Assembly: GCA_965240325.2 (NCBI GenBank)
Contig: OZ251234.1
Coordinates: forward strand, 62,001-126,000
Source: Rebecca billardiae RCC1528
Lineage: Eukaryota > Protista > Haptophyta
Length of the DNA stretch: 64,000 nt
Direction: 5' to 3'
The translations under genes and the position numbers were made by a program. The first letter of the stretch is position 1; each line of letters opens with the position of its first letter. The notes under the pieces are model-generated. The model was not told where the DNA came from. It was given only the letters and a program-made list of their open reading frames with translations, and ran no database searches. Positions 45,863 to 56,561 of the stretch are shown here, piece after piece.

Positions 45863-47902
45863 TCATTCTGCGAGTCGTCGTGCCTCGTGCGCGGGCGCTG
45901 CCTCGTCTGCACTCATCTCGGACGAGTCCTGGTCGTACTCCTCGGCCGCCTCGTCGACGAGGGAGAGCCGCTTCGCGTGCCTCCCCCCGCCGTAGAAGCC
46001 GAGGCCCGCCTCGGCCTCGTCCGCGCCGCCCGCGCCGACATCTGGGCGGGCCGGGAGGTCTGGCAGCACGCCCGCCAGCCTCGCGCGCAGCCGCTCGCGC
46101 ACGCCCGCAGGCGCGGCGCGCGAGCCGGCTAGGGCGGCGGGCTGGCGGCGCGCGCGCGCGCGGCGCGCCGCGCGGCGGATGAGGAGGAGCTGCAGCGCGA
46201 AGGCGATGACCATCGCGCCGATCGCCGCGCCCGCCACCGCCCTGACCGCGGCGCTCAGCGCCCCCGTGCGCGCCCTCGTGTGCGCCCCCGTGTGGGCGGG
46301 CGCGTCGCGCGGTGGCGCGTCGGCAAAGGCGGCGCCGCCGCCGTCGGCGAGCGGCGCGGCCGGCGAGGGCGCCGAGGGCGCCGAGGCGTTCTCTTCGCGC
46401 AGCGGCTCGGCGGCCGGCTGGTCGGCAGGCGACGGGCTGGAGAGGAGCTTCGCGAGCAGCTCCAAGCCCGCACGCGCCTCCGTGCCCGCCGGAGCCGGCG
46501 CGCCGTCGTCGCGCGCGCCGCGCGCGCGCGCGGCCGTGGGCGCGGCGCGCAGCAGCAGCGGCGTGGCCGGCGGCGCCGAGCCGTCGTGCGCGCGCTCGTA
46601 GGCGGCGTTGGCGGCCTCGCGCTGTCGCTCCTCGAGCTCCCGCTCCGCCTCCGCCCCGTCGCGCAGCGCGTCGCGCAGGTCGCTCAGCCAGTCGCGCGCG
46701 CGCCCAACGTCATCTGCGCCGAGCCGTGCGCACGCGCCCGCCAGCGCGTCCAGCCGCTGCGCGCGCCGCTTGGCGGTCGGGGGCGGCGGGAGCGGGGTGA
46801 TGGGCTCGTTGGCGCCGCCGATGCCGAGCGCCTGGAGCGCCTTGTCAGCCTGGAAGCGCGCGCGCGACTCCGCCACCACCGCGCCCTCCACGTCCTCCCG
46901 CCCCGCCTCCTCCGCCGCACGGCGCGCCAGCGCAACGGCCTTGCGCGCTCGCTGCGCCGCGCGCCGCAGCGGCTCGGGCGCATCCTCGCGCGCGGCGCGG
47001 CGCACGAGCTGGGCGAGCCAGCGGTGCGCGCGGCTGAGGACGGGCGGGTCCGACTCGGCCGCGTCGGCCGCGATCGTCTCGGCCAGCGCCTGCCGGTCCA
47101 CCTCCGCCACCGCCTCCGCCAGCGCGCCGCCATCTAGCTGCAGCTCACCAGAGCGCAGCATGGCCGCCCACGCGGCACTGTCTGCGGCGCGCAGCTGCGA
47201 GCCGAGCCACGAGGCGGCGTCCGGGGAGGAGCCCACGCCGAGGCCGGCCAGGAGGACGCGCGCCTGGCGCAGCGCCTCGCGCCGCAGCACGCGCGCCGCG
47301 TCCAAGTCGCCGTCCGCCTCCGCGGCGCGCGCCGCGCTCAGCGCCGCTGTCCACTGCGCGGCGCGCGCCGTCGCGACCGCCAGCTCTGGCGGCACCGCGG
47401 GGAGGGCGGCCGCGGCCTCGACGGTCTCCTCGAGCAGCTCGCGCGCCTGGTCGATGAGCTCGTCTCCCAGCCCGATGCCCACCGCGCACATCTCCCGCGC
47501 CAGCGCCTCGCGCTCCGCGCCCTCGACCGCGTCCGCGAGCGCGGCCGTGTCGATCTGCAGCACGAGATTCGAGAGCGTCTCGCCGTCGAGGGAGCGGAGC
47601 TCGGCGGGGAGCCACGCGGCGTCGGGCGGCGGCGTGGGCGAGGTATTGTTGTGCGGCTCGCGGAACGCCTGTAGGCCGCGGCGCACCGCGCGCTGCACCG
47701 CGTGCACCGCCGCGGCGCGCTCGGCGCGCGGCAGCGCGCGCGCGTCCGCGAGCTGACGCACCCACGCGGTGAACGCGCCGAGCGCGGCCGGCGGGAGCTC
47801 GGCGGCGGCGCGTGTGATGGCCGCGGCGTCCTGGGGCGCGTGCGCGCCGGCGGCGCGGGGTGCCGCGCACAGGGCCAGCGAGAGCAGCGCCAACGCGCGC
47901 AT
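45863..47902 (-). CDS. Hypothetical type I membrane protein (signal peptide, helical ectodomain, one TM)
   Basis: MRALALLSLALCAAP signal; TM AVAGAAIGAMVIAFALQLLLI followed by RR. Confidence 0.65.
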   Translation of the reverse strand: MRALALLSLALCAAPRAAGAHAPQDAAAITRAAAELPPAALGAFTAWVRQLADARALPRAERAAAVHAVQRAVRRGLQAFREPHNNTSPTPPPDAAWLPAELRSLDGETLSNLVLQIDTAALADAVEGAEREALAREMCAVGIGLGDELIDQARELLEETVEAAAALPAVPPELAVATARAAQWTAALSAARAAEADGDLDAARVLRREALRQARVLLAGLGVGSSPDAASWLGSQLRAADSAAWAAMLRSGELQLDGGALAEAVAEVDRQALAETIAADAAESDPPVLSRAHRWLAQLVRRAAREDAPEPLRRAAQRARKAVALARRAAEEAGREDVEGAVVAESRARFQADKALQALGIGGANEPITPLPPPPTAKRRAQRLDALAGACARLGADDVGRARDWLSDLRDALRDGAEAERELEERQREAANAAYERAHDGSAPPATPLLLRAAPTAARARGARDDGAPAPAGTEARAGLELLAKLLSSPSPADQPAAEPLREENASAPSAPSPAAPLADGGGAAFADAPPRDAPAHTGAHTRARTGALSAAVRAVAGAAIGAMVIAFALQLLLIRRAARRARARRQPAALAGSRAAPAGVRERLRARLAGVLPDLPARPDVGAGGADEAEAGLGFYGGGRHAKRLSLVDEAAEEYDQDSSEMSADEAAPAHEARRLAE

Positions 47903-48002
47903 GTGGCGAGGCCGGCCCTCGCCGTCGGGCGCGAGCTTTGTCAAGCAAGAGGGCGCCGCCGAGCCAAGAGCCCAAGACGGTTTCGCCCGCGCGGCCGGAT
48001 GA

Positions 48003-49648
<1,646 letters not shown>

Positions 49649-50012
49649 CGGCCAGGGCGGGCACTCCGTCGCGCGCGTCGGCTGGTCACGGGTGCCTCGA
49701 TGCTCGGCGCGACGGCAGATGGCAGCATGCACGTGCATCAAGTGATCAATGAGTCTCACGTCTCACGATCATCGAGATTGTGCCTGAGGTACAGCAGTAT
49801 GAGATATGACAGGGCGCGTCCGGCCGACAGGCTTCGACACTGACGCGTCTGACAGCGCACTTATGGGCACCATGTGTCAGTCAAGGCAACATGGATGTGA
49901 GACGCAGTCAGATTCAGCTACTACTGTGAAACGGTCATCATGTCGTTATAATACTACTAGTAAAAACAAAACGGTCGAGAAGCGGAAAGCCCGGCCCGCC
50001 CGCGCGGCGCCA

Positions 50013-50948
50013 ATGATGATGATGGTGATAGCATCGATGGCGGCGGTATTCGCCAGACCAGCTTCGAGACGACTGGCATTGGCGTCCAGCCTGCGTGGCG
50101 GCGTGGGGCCCTCGCGTCATGTCGAGGCGCGTAGTATCACGCATCTGTCCTCGATCGTGATGCACACAGCCCGTGGCGTCGCCACGAGCGCCGACGTCCT
50201 GGCCAAGTGTCGTCAAGTAGAGGCCGCAGACATGGAGGCGCTCGTGGGCCACACGATCGGCGACATCGAGCTGTACCGCGAGGCATTCGTGCACAAGAGC
50301 ATGCAGGATACGGTAGGACTGTCGTTTGAGCGGCTCGAGCTGCTCGGAGACGCCGTCCTTGGCCTCCTCGTCACGGAGAGCCTCATGGAGTGCTTCCCGC
50401 ACGCGTCTGAGGGCGAGCTCTCACGCATGCGCGACGCCCTTGTGTCGGGCAAGCAGCTCGCGCGCTACGCACGGGCGCTCAATCTCGGCCGCTGGATCGT
50501 GGCATCATCAGACGAGCGCCGTCGCAACATCGGCCAGAACCAGCGCATCCTGGCGTGCGTGCTCGAGGCGGTGCTGGGCGCGCTGCACCTGGACTTGGGG
50601 CTCGGCCCGTGCAGGGCCTTTGTGCGCAGCCTGCTCGAGCAGCACACAGACCTCGAGGCGCTCGCGGGCGCGCGCAACTACAAGGACGAGCTGCTCTGGC
50701 ACGCCCAGCTCAACGGCCTGGGGGCCGTCACGTACGAGCTCCAGCAGCTCGGGCCGCACCACAAGCCCACCTTCACCAGCCAAGTGCGAGTCGGCGGCAG
50801 CGTGCGCGGCCACGGCACAGCCAGGTCGAAGAAGGCGAGCGAGATGCTCGCGGCGCAGCACGCAGTGAGCGCGCTCAAGTTGGATCGATCGGCAACACCG
50901 TGGTGTTGCGGAGAGCAGCGCGCGACCGACTCCGAGCAGGGATCGTGA
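50013..50948 (+). CDS. rnc: Ribonuclease III (single RIIID plus dsRBD) with N-terminal targeting-like extension
   Basis: AFVHKS, FERLELLGDAVLG, EGELSRMR, NYKDEL..GPHHKPTF..GTARSKKASEMLAA. Confidence 0.92.
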   Translation: MMMMVIASMAAVFARPASRRLALASSLRGGVGPSRHVEARSITHLSSIVMHTARGVATSADVLAKCRQVEAADMEALVGHTIGDIELYREAFVHKSMQDTVGLSFERLELLGDAVLGLLVTESLMECFPHASEGELSRMRDALVSGKQLARYARALNLGRWIVASSDERRRNIGQNQRILACVLEAVLGALHLDLGLGPCRAFVRSLLEQHTDLEALAGARNYKDELLWHAQLNGLGAVTYELQQLGPHHKPTFTSQVRVGGSVRGHGTARSKKASEMLAAQHAVSALKLDRSATPWCCGEQRATDSEQGS

Positions 50949-51710
50949 GACTATCGGGCCCGCCGGGCGGCTGACCATAGCGGCTGACCGCTCGGACCGT
51001 CCGCGGTCCGCCCGCGCCCCGCGGACTACTAGTACTACTGACGTCCGTAGTAGTTACTGTACGACTGAGTATATATATATACTGTCGTCTTAGCTAAGTG
51101 ACTACGACTCGGCGGTCTCATTTATCATCACGGTCACGGACACTACTAGTGTCACTACACGCGGCGGCGCGACCGGTCGTCTGACTAGTGCCGACGACCG
51201 GGGCCCTGTCAATGACACTAGTCGGTCAAGTCACAAGTGTCGCCCGGCCGTAGCCACTAGCCAGTGCCCAGTAGCCAGGCGGGCGCCGCGGCCCGCGCGT
51301 AACGTCCGTAACGACCGGACGGCGACACGGCAGGCCGCGGACGACGTTAATCACGTGACGTGCGGGCACTCGGATATGCTGCTGCTGATTATCAGATTCA
51401 TGCAGACGAACGGTATGCGCGCAGGGTCACTGCTGCTGCTGCTGCGGCTGCGCGCTATCCGCGCCGCACATCCGGCAACGCATAGTCCGAGTCAGCGCTA
51501 CTGCTACAATCGCGAGAGCATGTAGAGTATGAGTAGCGCACGTTCATGTATTGGCACTGGCTCTGGGTCTAGCGCCAGTGGCGCCTGCGCCGTGATGTCG
51601 ATAACGTGTCGTGGCTGTGGTCTGTGGTAGTAGTGATCATGATGTCGAGTGCCGATTTTTCGCGGGTTCACGTAGAGTCAGAGTGCCCGGCCGGTGGCGT
51701 GTGCAGCCGA

Positions 51711-52604
51711 CTAGTAGCCGACGCGCACGAAGGCACGCTCAACCGCCTCGTCGCGCGAGAGCGCCAGCGCGAGCGTCCAGCGCCCGAGGTCGCAGTACGA
51801 GAGCGTGCCGTTCACCAGCAGACCGGCCGGCTTGGTCTCGAGCTCGCCCTGCGAGGGCCGCTCCGCCAGACCGCCCGGCAGCGTGGCGCTCCAGGACACG
51901 GCACCGCCGTGCTCGCGCAGCACGCGCAGCACCTCGTCAGAGTCGCACACCGCCGGCTCGAGCCCAAGCGCGCGCACGGCGGTGGCGCGCAGCACCTTGA
52001 CCAGCATAGGCATGCGCTCGGCCGGCACGGCGCACATGCAGCTCGCCTGCAGCACCAGCCGCGACACGCCGTGCTGCTTCGCGCCCTCGAGCGCGGCACG
52101 CGCGAAGCCGGGCATCAGCCCGACTGGGTGCTTGGCGCCGAGCTCGGCCTCTGTAGCGCCCGCGACGCACACCGCGACGGAGACGCCCTTCATCGCCGCG
52201 CGCACGGCGGCCTCGTCGCGCAGGTCGCCCACGGCAGCCTCGAGCCGCGCATGCGTGCCGAGCACGCGCTCGAGCTTCTCCGCGCTGCGGACGAAGGCGC
52301 GGACGGTGTGGCCCGCATCGAGTGCGCAGCGCACGAGGCGTACACCAGTGCGTCCCGTCGCGCCGTACACGACGATGCGTTCCGCGCCCCGGGGCGCGAG
52401 GTCGAGGCGCGACGGCGCAGCGCGCGCCGGTGCGGCCGGTGGCTTGGCGCTCAGGGCACGCACTGCCACCGACGCGGCGACGACGGCGAGGGCCGCGGCC
52501 ACAAGCTCGCTGCGAGGATGGGCGCCACCAGCGAGGTAGCGGCTCGCGCCCGCGAGTCCCGCGAGAGCAGCCGCCACGCCGAGAGCGTCGCGTGCGGAGG
52601 GCAT
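51711..52604 (-). CDS. NAD(P)H-binding oxidoreductase (flavin reductase/BLVRB-like)
   Basis: IVVYGATGRTG, GHTVRAFVRSAEKL, VGDLRD, WSATLPGGL. Confidence 0.88.
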   Translation of the reverse strand: MPSARDALGVAAALAGLAGASRYLAGGAHPRSELVAAALAVVAASVAVRALSAKPPAAPARAAPSRLDLAPRGAERIVVYGATGRTGVRLVRCALDAGHTVRAFVRSAEKLERVLGTHARLEAAVGDLRDEAAVRAAMKGVSVAVCVAGATEAELGAKHPVGLMPGFARAALEGAKQHGVSRLVLQASCMCAVPAERMPMLVKVLRATAVRALGLEPAVCDSDEVLRVLREHGGAVSWSATLPGGLAERPSQGELETKPAGLLVNGTLSYCDLGRWTLALALSRDEAVERAFVRVGY

Positions 52605-52840
52605 GGCTCGCTCGGCGGCCCGCCACAGTCAACGCTCCTTTGCACATCAATAAAAGATGACTTTTGGATTCTTTTCAGGGCTTGCATGATGTTTGATCCA
52701 TCTACGGGTGCTGGCTCGACCAATCGAATGAAATGATGCCGCGAGTACAGTAATATCGATCGCCGACATCATCGCCGAACAGAAAGGTGACGTAAGGAGC
52801 GACGATTCGGATGGAAAATGACTATATTGTCCCGCAATAA

Positions 52841-52970
52841 ATCATGATGGAATCCCTGCTGCAAACGTAGTATCCTATGGCGATTTTCGCTGGTCGTAGT
52901 GATCTTGTCTGATCAACAAGCTCGGCGTCGTCGGTCGACCGGGACTCAGGCGAACGCGCGCGGGAACCAT
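52841..52970 (+). repeat. Direct repeat, copy 1
   Basis: ATCCCTGCTGCAAACGTAG..CAACAAGCTCGGCGTC..GGTCGACCGGGACT.AGGCGAACGCGCGCGGGA.CCAT, also at 56393-56561. Confidence 0.9.
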
Positions 52971-52985
52971 CACGCTCACGTGGAC

Positions 52986-53957
52986 ATGCCGAGCACGTCA
53001 GCTGGCGACGCCGACGAGGACCGCGCTCGCCGCGTATTGAACGTGCTGCTCGAATCCGGGGCAGTGAAGAAGGTGGCCAAGAGCACGCTCCAGACCATCG
53101 CTGCTGCCATCTCCGTCGTGAGGCACAAGCAGGACGTGGGCCCTGCGGCGGTGAAGTACAACGTGCGCAAATGGTCGATCTACAACTTCCTTCCCAGGGT
53201 CCGCGTCGTGCTGCAGGACGAGGGCGCACTCGGCAGCGGCGGCGCGGCGCGGTTGATCACCGATCTCACCACGCGCCCCGCAGGCCAGCTCCCTCCCTCC
53301 TCCTCACCCGGCCCAACAGCTGGCAGCCGCTTCGCGGCACTCGCCGCGCTCGACGGGGAAATGCCCGCTGCAGAGCAAGCACAGCCGCAGCGGGGGCGCC
53401 CGGCCGGCTCGCTCAGCCTGCTGGGCACGCTCTACGGCATGCCGGGCGACACGCGCGCCAGCCGGTGCGCTGAGCACAAGCTGGCCGGCATGGTCAACAC
53501 TCAGCGCCTCGCCGTCCCAAAGCGCAGGCTGGAGCATGGCACCGGCGACCAGGGCACGCGCGCCGCGAAGCGACTGGACAAACACACCAGCCGCGTTGCG
53601 GCTATTCCGGACGCCGCGCCGCAGCTTTACCCACCGCCACCGCTGGTCGCAGTCAGCATCGTCCGCTGGCGCTCGTCAGATGGCACGATCCATTCGGTTG
53701 ACGACGGGGTGGTCTATGATGGTGCGTGGGCCCTTGACCAGCGGCATCAGTGTGGCAACGCAGGTGACGACGCACTCCGGGCTGCCCCTGGCAGCTATGA
53801 AAACACCCAGGGACTACCAGCAAGCGTCAACACCAACGCTGAGCCAGGACTGCCATCACCATCGACGATGGCGGTGGGAGCACGACGGCAGCAACCACAG
53901 ACTGTCATACCCGTGGTGATGGCAAGGAGGGTCAGGTCCCATGACGCTGCAGGCTGA
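52986..53957 (+). CDS. HTH (psq-like) ORF, probable transposon-derived remnant
   Basis: IAAAISVVRHKQDVGPAAVKYNVRKWSIYNF resembles a psq/CENP-B N-terminal HTH; remainder is low complexity with weak codon bias. Confidence 0.4.
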   Translation: MPSTSAGDADEDRARRVLNVLLESGAVKKVAKSTLQTIAAAISVVRHKQDVGPAAVKYNVRKWSIYNFLPRVRVVLQDEGALGSGGAARLITDLTTRPAGQLPPSSSPGPTAGSRFAALAALDGEMPAAEQAQPQRGRPAGSLSLLGTLYGMPGDTRASRCAEHKLAGMVNTQRLAVPKRRLEHGTGDQGTRAAKRLDKHTSRVAAIPDAAPQLYPPPPLVAVSIVRWRSSDGTIHSVDDGVVYDGAWALDQRHQCGNAGDDALRAAPGSYENTQGLPASVNTNAEPGLPSPSTMAVGARRQQPQTVIPVVMARRVRSHDAAG

Positions 53958-54271
53958 TGAAGCCGTGAAGCGTGGCTCGTCGTGATGATCTCCCGACGAT
54001 CATCACGACGACTTCTCGTTCAAGCGAGCGCCGGCATCAGGCAGCCGATTCCGAGACGCCACCGGACTGACCGAGGCGGCGGCACGGTGCTGAGCAGCTG
54101 ACGGCACGGAACAGGACTCTGAACTCTGAAGTGGCTGAGTCGAGTGATTCGTCACAGTCGGACTAGTCTAGTGGCACCGCGCTCGACGACGACAGTCGCG
54201 CCCCGGTTCGGGCGGGTTCGGCGGGCCGGTTGGAACCGCTCATGTTCGGACCGGCGGAGCCCCTCCGCACT

Positions 54272-55947
54272 TGACAGGTTGCACGGAGAAATGACCGCCC
54301 GCGACTGACAGATGTTACATTCACAGTGGACGCGACCTGTCCACCCGTCTTTCGGTACATCGCGCCCGTCCCATGGCGGCCGGCGCGTGGCGCGAGTGCT
54401 TGGAAACCACGGAGCACACGAATGCCGGTGGTTTCCGACCTTCGCCGCCACGGCCCGCCTCCCCGTTCGCCCGCAATCGGTACCGCAGTCTGGTGCCCAG
54501 TTCCTCTCACTCCCGCGTCGGCAGTGGCGCGAAGCCGAAGCGCATCGGGAAGAAGCACAACTGGGACCTGGATACAGGTGGTAGATAGAGCCTTCATGGA
54601 GGCTGCTGTCGCGAACGAGCAGGATGCGCCGGTTGCGGTATGCGCGTGCACCTTTGCACGAACGTGTGCTGGTCTCCTGCTGCACTGCTCGTGCCGTAAG
54701 CACGAGCGGCGCAACCGTGCGCACGCGCTCAGGTGGCTCGGACCACACACGCGAGTGCTTGTGAAGCTCGCCTCACGAGGCCTTCGTAGAAGAAGGCGGG
54801 CAACCGTAGTGCGCTAAGGAAGCAGAAGGAGATGCTCGCCAAACGCGTGCAGCGCGCGAGGGCGAAGCTTGCTACGGCGCGCGCGGCCTCTGCTGTTGCA
54901 GCTCGGGCCGCTGCTCCGGCCGTGCAGGCGTCTGGCGCAGGGTCCTCGGACAAGCAGGCGAACTCTGGGCAGTCTGCCTTTGCCGCCGGCAAGAAGTATC
55001 GGAAGCGCACGCATTTGGTCGTGCGCGTGGCGCGCTCGCGCGTCGTGACGCAGCAAGCAGGCGATCCTTGACAAGCGCCTCGCTGACGCTCAGCAGGCCG
55101 AGGCGACGAGCGCGGCGCTCGACCACGCTGACAGGCACGCCCTGAGTGAGGGTGAAGGCACCTTTCGAGACAGCACTCATCAGGCGCTCGACGTTGAGTA
55201 TGTCATTGATCGCGCGCGTGTGTGATCACGGCAGCAAGACTAAGTCGCGCGAGGTGGAGTAGGTGGTAGCGCGCCTCTTCGCCGCATCATCCGCAGTTGA
55301 CTGGCGTGCGCTAGCTCGCTCACGTCGCGCGTGGCAGCGGTCTGCTTCCACCCTGTGCGCACAGCGCGGCGCCGGCTGCACCGCCCGTTCCACTGGACGC
55401 CGGCTCGCTCGTCGTTGACGACTTCTTCTTCAACCCGGTCGCGCGGGCGCGGTGATGGTACACTCCGGCAGGCAGATGCGGCGCACTGCTCTATGCGAGC
55501 GTGTGCCTTTCCACGACGTCGACTCAGGCTGCTACGCGTGGCATCCAGCTCGAGGCGGAGGTCGTCAGGGCTCGCCCAAGGTCGAGTCTGCCTTGCGTGT
55601 GCTAGGTCGCCGAGGTGCGGCCGCAGGGTGCTCGCTGGCTGACTCCTGACGATGACGAGGAGTTGCGCGCCGTCGCAACCTCTCGCACGTAGTATCGTGC
55701 CGACCGAGTCGAGTCGGATGACGCTCGTGGCGGCTCACTCTTCAAATGACGCGGTCGGGCCCTTGGCGAGCTTGGGAGGAGGGCTCGGTCTGCTACATGT
55801 GCGTCAGTAGTCACGGCCTAAACCGTGCGCAAGACTCATTGAGTCGTACATGGCGCGGCAGCAACGGCCGCACCCGCGAGGGCCGGGCAGCCATGCTCCA
55901 AAGGGCCGAAATGTAACACCAAGGTCAGTTTCCCGTGCAACCTGTCA
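54272..55947. mobile_element. Degenerate TIR-bounded element
   Basis: TGACAGGTTGCACGG at 54272-54286 and its reverse complement at 55933-55947; imperfect extension (GAAA.TGACC, TGTTACATT 54313/55910); fragmented internal ORFs. Confidence 0.55.
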
Positions 55948-56392
55948 CTTACGCGGTCCGAGCCGAAGTGCGGCCTGCCCGCCACCTTGAAGCGGCAAGC
56001 TGCTCGTCAGTCACAAACAAGAGTGACGACAAGACAGTGCCAGTAGGCCTCTAGGACTTCATCCGGTCACGGCGCGACCGCACTCTGCTCTCTTATCGAC
56101 GGGCAGACTCTTGATGCCGCCCGAATAATATAGCGACGCATGTAATAATAATAGATATATATTATACATAGCGGCGGCTATAGCCCGCCCACCGCGCACG
56201 CTCGGCCCGCGCCGATTCCCTATATATACTGATTCAGCATCATCTAATTCTATCAATGGTGCGCTGCTGATATCGTCGTTTTCATTTATATTGGCCCTTT
56301 AATTATATTCAGAGCAGTCGTAGGAAAAGCCAAAAGGGTCCGGTATTGATTAGGACATGAATTATTGTAATATATATTTATTTTGTAAACAG

Positions 56393-56561
56393 ATCATGAA
56401 ATATATAAATCCCTGCTGCAAACGTAGTAGTATATCATCTGATGGCGATTAGATATCGCTGGTCGTAGCTCAGTGACTCAATCACTGATCACACTACTGA
56501 CCAGTGTCAACAAGCTCGGCGTCGGTCGACCGGGACTGAGGCGAACGCGCGCGGGAGCCAT
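56393..56561 (+). repeat. Direct repeat, copy 2, abutting the stop codon of the methyltransferase-macrodomain gene
   Basis: Collinear with 52841-52970 but about 39 nt longer. Confidence 0.9.
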
